64,000 nucleotides of DNA from Acutalibacteraceae bacterium (GTDB lineage: Bacteria; Bacillota; Clostridia; Oscillospirales; Acutalibacteraceae), in the NCBI GenBank assembly GCA_045592345.1, contig JAZNUN010000083.1, positions 7,987-71,986 of the forward strand, written 5' to 3'. The notes under the pieces were generated by a model. The model ran no database searches and was not told where the DNA came from. It saw only the letters and a program-made list of their open reading frames with translations. Positions 53,342 through 62,363 of this stretch are shown here, piece after piece. Numbering within the stretch: position 1 is the stretch's first letter; every line of letters starts with the position of its first letter. Position numbers and translations under genes: made by a program.

Positions 53342-55282
53342 TTATTCCAATTCGAATGCGCCGGTGTAGAGCTGGTAGTAGGTACCTTTCTGCGCCAGCA
53401 GGGTTTCGTGGTTGCCCCGCTCGATGATGCGGCCGTGCTCCAGTACCATAATCACGTCGGCGTCCATAATGGTGGACAGACGGTGGGCGATGACGAACAC
53501 GGTGCGTCCCTCCATCAGCTTATCCATACCGCGGCTCACAATGGCCTCGGTGCGGGTGTCAATGGAGGAGGTGGCCTCGTCCAGGATCAAGCAGGGCGGG
53601 TCGGCTACCGCCGCGCGGGCGATGGCGATCATCTGCCGCTGACCCTGAGACAGGTTGGCGCCGTTGTTCGTCAGCAGGGTATCGTACCCCTGGGGCAGAC
53701 GGCGGATGAAGTCATCCGCACCCACCAGTTTAGCGGCCTCGCGGCACTGCTGGTCGGTGGCCTCTAAGTTGCCGTAGCGGATATTATCCATCACGGTGCC
53801 GGTGAATAGATTGGTCTCCTGCAACACGATGCCCAGAGAGCGACGCAGGTCGGATTTTTTGATTTTGTTGATATTGATACCGTCATACCGTACCTTACCG
53901 TCTGCGATGTCGTAGAAGCGGTTGATAAGGTTGGTGATGGTGGTCTTTCCCGCACCGGTGGAGCCTACGAAGGCCACCTTCTGACCCGGTTCGGCGTAGA
54001 CGGACACGTCGTGGAGGACGGGCTTGCCCTCCTCATAGGCGAAGTCCACCTCGGTGAGCCGTACATCGCCCTGCAAGGGGGTGTAGGTGACGGTGCCGTC
54101 ACCGTGGGGATGCTTCCACGCCCAGCGACCGGTGCGCTTAGCACTCTCGGTGATGGTGCCATCTTCTGCGACATTGGCACGGACCAGAGTTACGTAGCCG
54201 TCATCCACCTCCGGTTCGGTATCCATCAGCTCAAACAGACGCTCAGCGCCCGCCAGACCCATAGCAATGTGGTTGATCTGCTGGGAGACCTGGTTGACGT
54301 TGCCGGTGAACTGCTTGGTCATATTCAGGAAGGGGACCACTACGGAGATGGTCAAGGGCAGACCGGACAGACTGAAGTTGTTGACCCCCAGCACTAAGAA
54401 CAGACCGCCGATCATAGCGCAGGCCACGTATAAGACGTTGCCGATGTTCATAATGATGGGGCCTAAGCTGTTGGCAAAGGCGTGGGCGCGGAAACTGTCC
54501 TCGTACAAGGCATCGTTGAGGGCGTCAAAGTCCTGCTGTGCCTCGTCCTCGTGGCAGAATACCTTGACCACACGCTGACCGTTCATCATCTCTTGGATAA
54601 AGCCCTCGGTGCGGCCCACGGCCTGCTGCTGGCGGACGAAGTACTTGGCGGAGCCGCCGCCGATCTTCTTGGATACAAAGAACATAACAATCACGCCCAA
54701 CAGCACTACCAGTGTCATCAAGGCGCTGTAATACAGCATAATGAACAGCACCGTGACCACCACGATGCCCGCCTGCATCAGACTGGGGATGGACTGGGAG
54801 ATCAGCTGACGCAGGGTGTCGATATCGTTGGTGTAATGGCTCATAATATCGCCGTGCTTGTGGGTGTCAAAGTACTTGATGGGCAGATTCTGCATCCCGT
54901 CAAACATCTTACACCGCATCTTGCTGAGGAAGCCCTGGGTGATATAGGCCATCAGCTGAGACTGCAGTACCGTCAGGATGATGGACACCAGATACAGACC
55001 GATCAGGGCGCCGATCAGCGGCATAATCTGGGGCAGTGCCGCCTCCCAAGAAACGCGGTTTGTCAAGCTCTGCTCGATCACATCCAGAATGTTCTTGGTA
55101 AAGATAGCGGGGATGGAGTTAACGATGGCGGCGAAGATGATGCAGAATACCACGAGGGGAATCAGCTTGGGATAGAAGTGATACAGTAGTTTCAGAGTGC
55201 GGGGGAGGGTCTCTTTCTTCACTTTGGGGCGGGGACCCATGGGACCGCGACCGCCGGGACCCTTCATAGGAGGTTTACTCAT
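53342..55282 (-). CDS. ABC transporter ATP-binding/permease protein (exporter half-transporter)
   Basis: 646 aa with an N-terminal 6-TM domain. Walker A GSTGAGKTT, signature LSQGQRQ, Walker B LILDEATS. The start overlaps the upstream stop (ATGA). Confidence 0.95.
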   Translation of the reverse strand: MSKPPMKGPGGRGPMGPRPKVKKETLPRTLKLLYHFYPKLIPLVVFCIIFAAIVNSIPAIFTKNILDVIEQSLTNRVSWEAALPQIMPLIGALIGLYLVSIILTVLQSQLMAYITQGFLSKMRCKMFDGMQNLPIKYFDTHKHGDIMSHYTNDIDTLRQLISQSIPSLMQAGIVVVTVLFIMLYYSALMTLVVLLGVIVMFFVSKKIGGGSAKYFVRQQQAVGRTEGFIQEMMNGQRVVKVFCHEDEAQQDFDALNDALYEDSFRAHAFANSLGPIIMNIGNVLYVACAMIGGLFLVLGVNNFSLSGLPLTISVVVPFLNMTKQFTGNVNQVSQQINHIAMGLAGAERLFELMDTEPEVDDGYVTLVRANVAEDGTITESAKRTGRWAWKHPHGDGTVTYTPLQGDVRLTEVDFAYEEGKPVLHDVSVYAEPGQKVAFVGSTGAGKTTITNLINRFYDIADGKVRYDGININKIKKSDLRRSLGIVLQETNLFTGTVMDNIRYGNLEATDQQCREAAKLVGADDFIRRLPQGYDTLLTNNGANLSQGQRQMIAIARAAVADPPCLILDEATSSIDTRTEAIVSRGMDKLMEGRTVFVIAHRLSTIMDADVIMVLEHGRIIERGNHETLLAQKGTYYQLYTGAFELE

Positions 55283-57018
55283 GCCTCATCGCCTCCTCTC
55301 GTTTGCTGGTTGTAAATCTCTTGATACATCTCGCAGGAGGCCAGTAGCTCGTTATGGTTGCCGGCGGCGACGATGCGGCCGCCGTCCAGCATCAGGATCA
55401 GATCGGCATCCATCACAGACGCTACACGCTGTGCAATGATAATCTTGGTGGTTTCGGGGATATAGCTCTTGAATCCGCCGCGGATGAGGGCATCCGTGCG
55501 GGTGTCCACCGCGCTGGTGGAGTCGTCCAAAATGAGGATCTTCGGCTTTTTCAGCAGGGCGCGGGCGATACACAGGCGCTGTTTCTGACCGCCGGACACG
55601 TTGGTGCCGCCCTGCTCGATGTGGGTGTCGTATCCATCGGGGAAGGAGGACACGAAATCGTGGGCCTGTGCCAGTTTACAGGCCTCCACCAGTTCCTCGT
55701 CGGTGGCGTCGGGGTTGCCCCAGCGCAGGTTATCCTTAATGGTGCCGGCGAACAGCAGATTCTTCTGCAACACCATCGCCACCGCGCCGCGCAGGGTGTC
55801 CATATCGTACTGCCGCACGTCCACGCCGCCCACCTCGACGGCACCCTCGGTGACGTCGTACAGACGGGGGATGAGCTGGACCAGGGTGGATTTGCCCGAG
55901 CCGGTACCGCCCAGGACACCTACCGTCATACCGCTGCGGATGGTCAGGTCGATGTCGGACAGGGCGTAGTTCTCCGCCTTAGCGGAATACTTAAAGTTCA
56001 CGTTGCGGAAGGTGACAGAGCCGTCCTTGACCTCGTACACAGGCTCGGCGGGGTTGTGCAGGGTGGATTCCTCGCCCAGCACCTCGGCAATGCGCTTGAT
56101 GGCCTCGGCGGAGATGGTGAGGGTGACGTAGATCATAGACAGCATCATCAGCTGCATCAGCACCTGCATGCCGTAGGTAAGCATAGCGGAGATCTCGCCC
56201 ACGCCGATGGCAGTGCCGTCGGTGGTGATAATGAGGAACGCGCCCATCACCAGCACGAACACCATATTGAAGTAACTGCAGAAACGCATCAGCGGCTCGT
56301 TGAGCACCACCAGACGCTCCGCCTTGGTGAAATCCTTGCAGATGTCGTCGGAGGCGGCGTGGAATTTCTCGCGCTCGTAGTTCTCGCGGGAGAAACCCTT
56401 GACCACGCGGATGCCGCGGACGTTCTCCTCAATGGACTCGTTGAGACGGTCGTATTTCTTGAATACACGGCGGAAGGCGGGCATGGCAAACCGTGCCACC
56501 GTCAGCAGACCACCCGCCAACAGGGGGATGATGACCACAAAGGCAAAGGCCAGGTTGCCGCCCATTACAAAGGCCATAATGGTGGAGAAGATCAGCAGCA
56601 GAGGGGCCCGCACCGCGATGCGGATGAGCATCATATAGGACATCTGGGCATTGTTGATGTCGGTGGTCATACGGGTGACCAGCGATGCGGAGGAGAACTT
56701 ATCCATATTCTCAAAGGAGAAGGTTTGGATCCGCTCGAAAATGTCGTGGCGCAGATTTTTGGCAAAGCCGCAGGAGGCTTTGGCACAGGTAAAGCCGGCG
56801 ATACCGCCGCAACACAACGACGCTATCGCCATAGCGATCAGAATCAGACCACTACGTAGGATGTCGTTCAGGTCCGCGCCGTTTTCCACGCTGTTGATAA
56901 GCTGGGCGGCGATGAAGGGGATGAAGCATTCGATCACCGCCTCTAAAGCGATAAACAGCAGGGTGAGAATGGAGGGGAGTTTGTATTCCCGCACGCATCT
57001 CAATAGTCGCTTGTACAT
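55279..57018 (-). CDS. ABC transporter ATP-binding/permease protein (partner half-transporter)
   Basis: Walker A GGTGSGKST, signature VSGGQKQR, Walker B LILDDSTS. The start is moved to ATG 57018 (SD GAAGGAA) because the longest-ORF ATG at 57063 lies inside the -10 box of the promoter. Confidence 0.9.
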   Translation of the reverse strand: MYKRLLRCVREYKLPSILTLLFIALEAVIECFIPFIAAQLINSVENGADLNDILRSGLILIAMAIASLCCGGIAGFTCAKASCGFAKNLRHDIFERIQTFSFENMDKFSSASLVTRMTTDINNAQMSYMMLIRIAVRAPLLLIFSTIMAFVMGGNLAFAFVVIIPLLAGGLLTVARFAMPAFRRVFKKYDRLNESIEENVRGIRVVKGFSRENYEREKFHAASDDICKDFTKAERLVVLNEPLMRFCSYFNMVFVLVMGAFLIITTDGTAIGVGEISAMLTYGMQVLMQLMMLSMIYVTLTISAEAIKRIAEVLGEESTLHNPAEPVYEVKDGSVTFRNVNFKYSAKAENYALSDIDLTIRSGMTVGVLGGTGSGKSTLVQLIPRLYDVTEGAVEVGGVDVRQYDMDTLRGAVAMVLQKNLLFAGTIKDNLRWGNPDATDEELVEACKLAQAHDFVSSFPDGYDTHIEQGGTNVSGGQKQRLCIARALLKKPKILILDDSTSAVDTRTDALIRGGFKSYIPETTKIIIAQRVASVMDADLILMLDGGRIVAAGNHNELLASCEMYQEIYNQQTRGGDEA

Positions 57019-57061
57019 AGGATTCCTTCTTTCGTGTGTATGCTTAAAAACTAACGTTTCC

Positions 57062-57090
57062 ATTATAAACCTTATGCATTTTTAAGTCAA
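57062..57090 (-). promoter_or_regulatory. Near-consensus SigA promoter for the ABC exporter operon
   Basis: On the minus strand: TTGACT (57090-85), a 17-nt spacer, then TATAAT (57067-62). Confidence 0.75.
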
Positions 57091-57122
57091 TAAAACAGGG
57101 GCGAATGTTCAAAAATTGTTTA

Positions 57123-57155
57123 TAAAAAGCCGCCGTTCGGTGTGAACGGCGGCAA
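57123..57155 (-). terminator. Rho-independent terminator of the LacI-family gene
   Basis: Stem GCCGCCGTTC/GAACGGCGGC is followed on the minus strand by TTTTTATA. Confidence 0.85.
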
Positions 57156-57159
57156 AGGA

Positions 57160-58170
57160 TCAGTTATTACGGAAAGTATCCCGCTCCACCAGATGGGTGG
57201 GCAGAACGATGTGGGGTTCTGCCGTATTACCTGTGGCAAGGGCGTCCAGTACGCCGAGGGCACGGGCGCACATCTCGGCAGGGGTGCAGTCCACGCTGGT
57301 CAGTTCGGGGTTAGCGCAACGGGCGGTGAGAGAGTTGTTAAAGCCGATGACAGGCATATTCAGGCCGGTGCGCTGTAATGCTTTTTGGGCACCCAACGCC
57401 AGTATATCCTCGGCGCCGATGACGGCGTCGAAGGTGACCCGCTTGATCAGCAGGTTCTTAATACAAGCGTTGACGTCCTCGGGGCGGGTACCCACCTGCA
57501 GCAGCAGGGCGGGGTCAAAGGGAATGCCTGCTGTCTCCAGAGCGGCCTTGTAGCCCTCGATCTTCTCCTGACAGCTGTGGCTGTGCCGTCCGTACAGAAA
57601 CAGCACCCGCCGCCGCTGACGCCGCATCAGCAGCTCCACCAGCTCGGCTACCGCGGCACGGTGGTCGCAGGTGACGCAGTACACGCCGGGGGCGTCCACG
57701 TAGCCTTCTAACAGAATTATCGGCACCTGCTTGGCGGCCTCGGCAATGGGGGAGGAGGTCAGATCTTCAAATTGCATAGGACCCACACACAGAATGGCGG
57801 TGACACCGCTTTTAAGCATATCTTCTAAACTCTGCTGTTCCTCGGTGGGGGTATTGCCGATGCTCCGCAGGATCATAGGCAACTGTCGCTGACGTAGTTG
57901 TTCCTCTAAACAGGCGATCATATCCGCGTAATAGGGATCACGGATATCGGCGCACAGAACACCCACCCCCTGCAGGGAGACGGCGGGGGCGGAGGGCTCG
58001 GCGCCGCTGCCCAGACTCCGTGCCAGAGCGCTGGGGGTATAGTTGGCCTCCTCCATCACCGCCAGGATCTTGGCGCGGGTGGCGGCGCTGACGTTGGGAT
58101 TGTTATTCAGTACGCGGGACACGGTGGCGATGGATACACCGCATTTATCGGCAATATCATAAATATTCAT
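57160..58170 (-). CDS. LacI family transcriptional regulator
   Basis: HTH MNIYDIADKCGVSIATVSRVLNNNPNVSAATRAKI followed by a periplasmic-binding-fold sugar-sensor domain. Confidence 0.95.
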   Translation of the reverse strand: MNIYDIADKCGVSIATVSRVLNNNPNVSAATRAKILAVMEEANYTPSALARSLGSGAEPSAPAVSLQGVGVLCADIRDPYYADMIACLEEQLRQRQLPMILRSIGNTPTEEQQSLEDMLKSGVTAILCVGPMQFEDLTSSPIAEAAKQVPIILLEGYVDAPGVYCVTCDHRAAVAELVELLMRRQRRRVLFLYGRHSHSCQEKIEGYKAALETAGIPFDPALLLQVGTRPEDVNACIKNLLIKRVTFDAVIGAEDILALGAQKALQRTGLNMPVIGFNNSLTARCANPELTSVDCTPAEMCARALGVLDALATGNTAEPHIVLPTHLVERDTFRNN

Positions 58171-58186
58171 ACCGTGTTCTCCTTTC

Positions 58187-58200
58187 TGTAAGCACTTACA
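58187..58200. promoter_or_regulatory. 14-bp palindrome TGTAAGCACTTACA (LacI-family operator or cre-like site)
   Basis: Half-sites TGTAAG/CTTACA are perfect inverted repeats. The site lies immediately upstream of the lacI-family SD on the minus strand and is one base off the idealised TGTAAGCGCTTACA. Confidence 0.55.
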
Positions 58201-58317
58201 TAGCCCAGTATACCCGTACTTTTGATAAAATGCAAGAAAAATTTTGTTTTCCTGTCATTTCCGCCGTTGATACCTTGCATTTTGCGGCGGGTGGGTTTAT
58301 AATAAACTGAAACTTAT

Positions 58318-59244
58318 GTGAAATGGGGTGCCGCTGTGTCCGGTGTCGGTATGTCCCGCCGTATGCGGGGCAACCTATTGTTGTTGCTCACCGCCTTTAT
58401 CTGGGGTGTGGCCTTTGTGGCACAGAAAGAGGGCGGTGCTACGGTGGGCAGTCTGACCTTTAACGGGGTGCGTTCTCTGCTGGGCGGCGGATTGCTGCTC
58501 ACGCTGTTGCCCCTTCTGGATCGGATAGGCTTATCCCGCCGACCCCAAACCGCGGAGGAGAGAAAATCCCTGTGGTTGGGAGGCGTGCTGTGCGGTCTGG
58601 CATTGTTCACCGCCACCAACCTGCAACAGCTGGGTCTGGCCACCACCACGGCGGGTAAGGGCGGATTTATCACCGCCCTGTATATCGTGCTGGTGCCTGT
58701 GTTCGGTCTGTTTATCGGGCGACGCACCACCCTGTATACTTGGTTGGGTGTGGTGCTGGCGGTGGCGGGTCTGTATCTGCTGTGTATGCAGGGGGAGAGC
58801 GGCATCGGCGGCGGCGACCTACTGGTGATGGCCTGTGCCCCCGTGTTCGCGGTGCAGATTCTGCTGGTGGACCGTTTTGCCCCCCGCACCGATTGCATCC
58901 GTCTGTCCTGTATCCAGTTTTTCACGGTGGGTATTCTGAATCTGCCGCTGATGTTCCTTTTTGAGTCCCCCTCGCTTACCGCCCTGGCGGATTGCTGGGT
59001 GTCGGTGCTGTATGCGGGCCTGCTGTCCAGCGGCGTGGCCTATACCCTGCAGATCGTGGCCCAAAAGGACGCCCACCCCACCACCGCATCGGTACTGATG
59101 AGCTTTGAGTCGGTGTTTGCGGTGCTGGCGGGGGTGGCACTGCTGGGGGATCGGATGACGGCGTGGGAATGGACCGGCTGTGCCGTGATGTTCGCGGCGG
59201 TGATTCTGGCCCAGTTGCCTACGCGAAAGAAGAAAGGTGCTTAG
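58318..59244 (+). CDS. DMT (EamA) family transporter
   Basis: 10-TM protein with two EamA-like halves (LLLLLTAFIWGVAFVAQK...). The start is uncertain (GTG 58318, ATG 58351 or ATG 58363). A promoter lies upstream (TTGCAT-17-TATAAT, 58275-58303). Confidence 0.85.
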   Translation: MKWGAAVSGVGMSRRMRGNLLLLLTAFIWGVAFVAQKEGGATVGSLTFNGVRSLLGGGLLLTLLPLLDRIGLSRRPQTAEERKSLWLGGVLCGLALFTATNLQQLGLATTTAGKGGFITALYIVLVPVFGLFIGRRTTLYTWLGVVLAVAGLYLLCMQGESGIGGGDLLVMACAPVFAVQILLVDRFAPRTDCIRLSCIQFFTVGILNLPLMFLFESPSLTALADCWVSVLYAGLLSSGVAYTLQIVAQKDAHPTTASVLMSFESVFAVLAGVALLGDRMTAWEWTGCAVMFAAVILAQLPTRKKKGA

Positions 59245-59246
59245 AT

Positions 59247-59927
59247 ATGGATTTTAAAGGTATTTCCGCCGAGAGTCTGTTCCTGCTGGCGGAGAATCGC
59301 TTTCAGGACAGCAAGGCATTCTATGAAGAAAATAAACCCGCCATTAATAAGGGGGTGGTACACCCCCTCAAGCAGTTGGTGGCGGATATGACCCCCGCTA
59401 TGCTGGCGGTGGACCCCCGCCTGGGCGGTCACGTCAGCCGTGTGCGGCGGGATAACCGCTTTACCCACGATAAGCGTATGTACCGCGAGAATATGTGGAT
59501 CGTGTTTATGCGGGATAAGCGGGCGTATGATTGGTGCCTGCCCGCGTTCTATTTGGATTTTTCCATTGCCCGTGCCGAGTGGGGTCTGGGCTTTTACTCC
59601 GCCACACCTGCGGTGATGCGGGCGCTCCGCCGCCGTGTAGAGGCGGACATTCCTCGCGCCGAAGCGGCGGTAAAGACTGCCCGTAAGGGTGGCTTTGAAT
59701 TGGGTGGACGCCCCTACGCCAAGCCACGCAGCACCGAGGAAACGCCGGAATTACTGCGCCCCTTCTACGATTGCCGCAGTGTGGATCTGTCCCGCTGTGA
59801 GGGGGCGGATTTCGTGGCGGATGCCGACCTGCCCAACCGCCTGTTGGCGGGGTTTGCGGCGCTGGCTCCTATGTATGAACTGCTGATGGAGGCCGTGGAG
59901 GAAGCCATCGGTATACGAGAGGTGTGA
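59247..59927 (+). CDS. DUF2461 (TIGR02453) family protein
   Basis: FLLAENRFQDSKAFYEENKPAINKGVVHPLKQLVADM...RVRRDNRFTHDKRMYRENMW. ATG 59247 follows SD GAAAGGTG. Confidence 0.8.
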   Translation: MDFKGISAESLFLLAENRFQDSKAFYEENKPAINKGVVHPLKQLVADMTPAMLAVDPRLGGHVSRVRRDNRFTHDKRMYRENMWIVFMRDKRAYDWCLPAFYLDFSIARAEWGLGFYSATPAVMRALRRRVEADIPRAEAAVKTARKGGFELGGRPYAKPRSTEETPELLRPFYDCRSVDLSRCEGADFVADADLPNRLLAGFAALAPMYELLMEAVEEAIGIREV

Positions 59928-59931
59928 TAGT

Positions 59932-60483
59932 ATGTTAGACAAGATCAAAAATGACGCTGTTGCCGCCGTCAGTGAACTGCTGGAGGTGTCCCATCTCAAG
60001 GCGGGGGACATCCTCGTTATCGGTTGTTCCTCCAGCGAGATGGTGGGGGAGAAGATCGGCACCCACTCCAGTGTGGACGCCGCCGCCGCCCTGGCGGATG
60101 CGGTGCTGCCGCTGCTGAAAGAGGCGGGGGTGTACGTGGCGGTGCAGTGCTGTGAGCACCTCAACCGCGCCTTGATACTGGAGTCCGCCGCGGCGGAGAA
60201 GTATAGCTACGATCCCGTTAACGTGGTGCCCCAACCCAAGGCGGGCGGTTCCTTCGCCACCGCCGTGTGGGGGCGGATGGATACCCCTGTGGCGGTGGAG
60301 CATATCCGTGCCCACGCGGGTTTGGACATCGGCGGTACCCTTATCGGTATGCACCTGCGTGAGGTGGCAGTTCCGGTACGGCTGAGCGTCAAAGCCATCG
60401 GTGAAGCACCGATCCTGTGCGCCCGCACCCGCCCCAAATTTATCGGCGGCGTCCGCGCGACCTATGACGAGAGTAAACTGTAA
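59932..60483 (+). CDS. UPF0340/TIGR01440 family protein (YwlG-like)
   Basis: GDILVIGCSSSEMVGEKIGT, VAVQCCEHLNRALILE, VVPQPKAGGSFATAVW and AGLDIGGTLIGMHL follow the YwlG pattern closely. Confidence 0.85.
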   Translation: MLDKIKNDAVAAVSELLEVSHLKAGDILVIGCSSSEMVGEKIGTHSSVDAAAALADAVLPLLKEAGVYVAVQCCEHLNRALILESAAAEKYSYDPVNVVPQPKAGGSFATAVWGRMDTPVAVEHIRAHAGLDIGGTLIGMHLREVAVPVRLSVKAIGEAPILCARTRPKFIGGVRATYDESKL

Positions 60484-60509
60484 ACTATTTCCATAAGGAG
60501 TGTATGAAT

Positions 60510-61331
60510 ATGGCAGATTGTAATCACGATTGCAGTTCCTGCAGCCAGAAATGCAGTGAGCAGGACCTGCGTAAGCCGCTGAACCAGTACAGCACCATCA
60601 AAAAGGTGGTGGCGGTGTCCAGCGGTAAGGGTGGCGTGGGTAAATCCTCCGTCACCGCGATGCTGGCGGTGATGATGGCCCGCCGCGGCTATAAGGTGGG
60701 CGTGCTGGACGCGGATATCACCGGCCCCTCCATCCCCAAGGCCTTCGGAATTACCCGTCACGCCATGGCCAACGAGTTGGGTATCCTCCCCGAGGAGACC
60801 CATATGAACATCAAGGTGATGTCCATTAACCTCCTGCTGGAGGACACCAACGCCCCCGTGGTGTGGCGCGGTCCCGTGGTGGCCGGCGCGGTGACCCAGT
60901 TCTGGACCGACGTGGTGTGGGGCGACCTGGACGTGCTGTTTATTGATATGCCCCCCGGTACCGGCGACGTGCCGCTGACCGTGTATCAGAGCATCCCGCT
61001 GGACGGCAACGTTATTGTCACCACCCCCCAGTCCTTGGTGCAGATGGTGGTGGGCAAAGCTCACCGTATGGCGGATATGCTTAGTGTACCCGTATTGGGC
61101 TTTGTGGAGAATATGAGCAGTGTCAAGTGCCCTGATTGCGGCAAGGTGATCCCCCTGTTCGGTGACGGACAGGGTCTGGAGAAGGCTGCCGCCGAGATGG
61201 GTCTGCCTGTGCTGGCAAAGCTGCCTATGGACGCGAACATTGCCGCCCTGTGCGACAGCGGCGAGATCGAGCGGGTGGTGTGCGATGAGATCGCCCCCGC
61301 CGTGGACGCGGTGGAAGCACTGCTGAAATGA
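60510..61331 (+). CDS. Mrp/NBP35 family ATP-binding protein (Fe-S cluster carrier) with an N-terminal Cys motif
   Basis: Deviant Walker A VSSGKGGVGKSS, CPDCGK motif, N-terminal CNHDCSSCSQKC. ATG 60510 sits about 9 nt after TAAGGAG. Confidence 0.9.
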   Translation: MADCNHDCSSCSQKCSEQDLRKPLNQYSTIKKVVAVSSGKGGVGKSSVTAMLAVMMARRGYKVGVLDADITGPSIPKAFGITRHAMANELGILPEETHMNIKVMSINLLLEDTNAPVVWRGPVVAGAVTQFWTDVVWGDLDVLFIDMPPGTGDVPLTVYQSIPLDGNVIVTTPQSLVQMVVGKAHRMADMLSVPVLGFVENMSSVKCPDCGKVIPLFGDGQGLEKAAAEMGLPVLAKLPMDANIAALCDSGEIERVVCDEIAPAVDAVEALLK

Positions 61332-61338
61332 GGATAGA

Positions 61339-61371
61339 AAAAAGCCGAGGCTCACGCCTCGGCTTTTTGTT
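61339..61371. terminator. Bidirectional terminator between convergent genes
   Basis: AAAAAAGCCGAGGC-TCAC-GCCTCGGCTTTTTG. Confidence 0.85.
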
Positions 61372-62113
61372 ACCATAGTTTGAAATTGTGTTCTTTGACA
61401 AAATCCTTGAGGAATACCACGTAAAATACCACCAACCCAATGGCCAACAGGGTCAGCACAGCCAGCAGGATATAGTGGCGTATCTTCAGCTTCAGATCCG
61501 GCTTCTCCGGCAGCATACGCAGGCGGTACAGGGCGGGGGACAGCGCCCCCAGCACCACCGCGATGAGGATGGCCTCAATGGGGAACATCACCAGGTTCTT
61601 CACGATACGGGTGAGGTTGATAAGACTGTAGGCCTCGGCTTTTTCCACGCCGTAAAACACCAGATAGTACCATTTCATGATCGCCGAGGTCAGTATCACA
61701 TTGCTGATCATATTCACCGTGAACTTGGCGGTCATAGCACGGGATACGGTGAGCCGACGGCGCCAGAAGAACAGACCGAAGATCAAGGAACTGCTCATAT
61801 CCGTCAGCATAAAGGGCAGGAAATAGGGGCCATCGGGGTGCAAGAGGTATCCCAGCGGGTCGCTGACAATGGCGCCCACTACACCCACCACGGGGCCGTA
61901 CACCATAGCGCCCACTGAATTAAACAGGGCGGCCACGTTGATGTTTAAGCCCGGGGCGATGGGAATCTCCAGCATCTTACACAGGGCGCGCAGAGCCACG
62001 ATCATGGCCGCCAATGCCACCATACGGACATCCTTGAGGTTGGCGGCGGCGTCCCGCCAATAGGCGACGGAAAGGATGGGCGGACGGGTAAGGGGGGATT
62101 GGTTTTGTTGCAT
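61370..62113 (-). CDS. folT: Folate-family ECF transporter S component
   Basis: 247-aa, 6-TM protein directly downstream of a THF riboswitch. LFNSVGAMVYGPVVGVVGAIVSDPLGYLLHPDGPYFLPFMLT matches the ECF S-component pattern. SD AAAAGGAGG upstream. Confidence 0.8.
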   Translation of the reverse strand: MQQNQSPLTRPPILSVAYWRDAAANLKDVRMVALAAMIVALRALCKMLEIPIAPGLNINVAALFNSVGAMVYGPVVGVVGAIVSDPLGYLLHPDGPYFLPFMLTDMSSSLIFGLFFWRRRLTVSRAMTAKFTVNMISNVILTSAIMKWYYLVFYGVEKAEAYSLINLTRIVKNLVMFPIEAILIAVVLGALSPALYRLRMLPEKPDLKLKIRHYILLAVLTLLAIGLVVFYVVFLKDFVKEHNFKLW

Positions 62114-62183
62114 AAAAATAGCCTCCTTTTCTGTACAGAATAGCCCGAGGCTGTATACAGAAAAAAGAGGTCTTTTCTCGGTA

Positions 62184-62294
62184 TCTCACAGCGGGATGCA
62201 ACCCACAAACCGCAAGGGGTATCCCTTTTCGTCCGACGGACAACTCCCCGTTCCGCCGACACTTTACGCTTGTGGATTTACTCTGTATCTGTGG
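62184..62294 (-). promoter_or_regulatory. THF (tetrahydrofolate) riboswitch
   Basis: The minus-strand RNA reads CACAGAUACAGAGUAAAUCCACAAGCGUAAAGUGUCGGCGGAACGGGGAGUUGUCCGUCGGACGAAAAGGGAUACCCCUUGCGGUUUGUGGGUUGCAUCCCGCUGUG. It matches the remembered THF aptamer blocks AGAGUA, GCGU(U/A)AAGUG, GGAAyGGGrnGUyG, ACGAA and UUGCAUCCgCU, and P1 is CACAG/CUGUG. Confidence 0.75.
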
Positions 62295-62297
62295 GGT

Positions 62298-62326
62298 ATT
62301 GTAGCACAGGTGGAAGGAAATGTAAA
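62298..62326 (-). promoter_or_regulatory. SigA-type promoter driving the riboswitch-folT unit
   Basis: On the minus strand: TTTACA (62326-21), a 17-nt spacer, then TGcTACAAT (-10 at 62303-298). Confidence 0.7.
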
Positions 62327-62356
62327 GAAAAAAGACGGCAGTCTGCCGTCTTTTTT
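62326..62356. terminator. Terminator of the 62364-63215 gene (palindromic)
   Basis: AAAAAAGACGGCAGTCTGCCGTCTTTTTT. Confidence 0.9.
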
Positions 62357-62363
62357 CGGTATA

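Noticed and set aside
55354-56859. 501-aa plus-strand ORF opposite the ABC exporter (also 54482-55189 and 53288-53767)
   Set aside because: It is antisense to genes with complete Walker A, signature and Walker B motifs.
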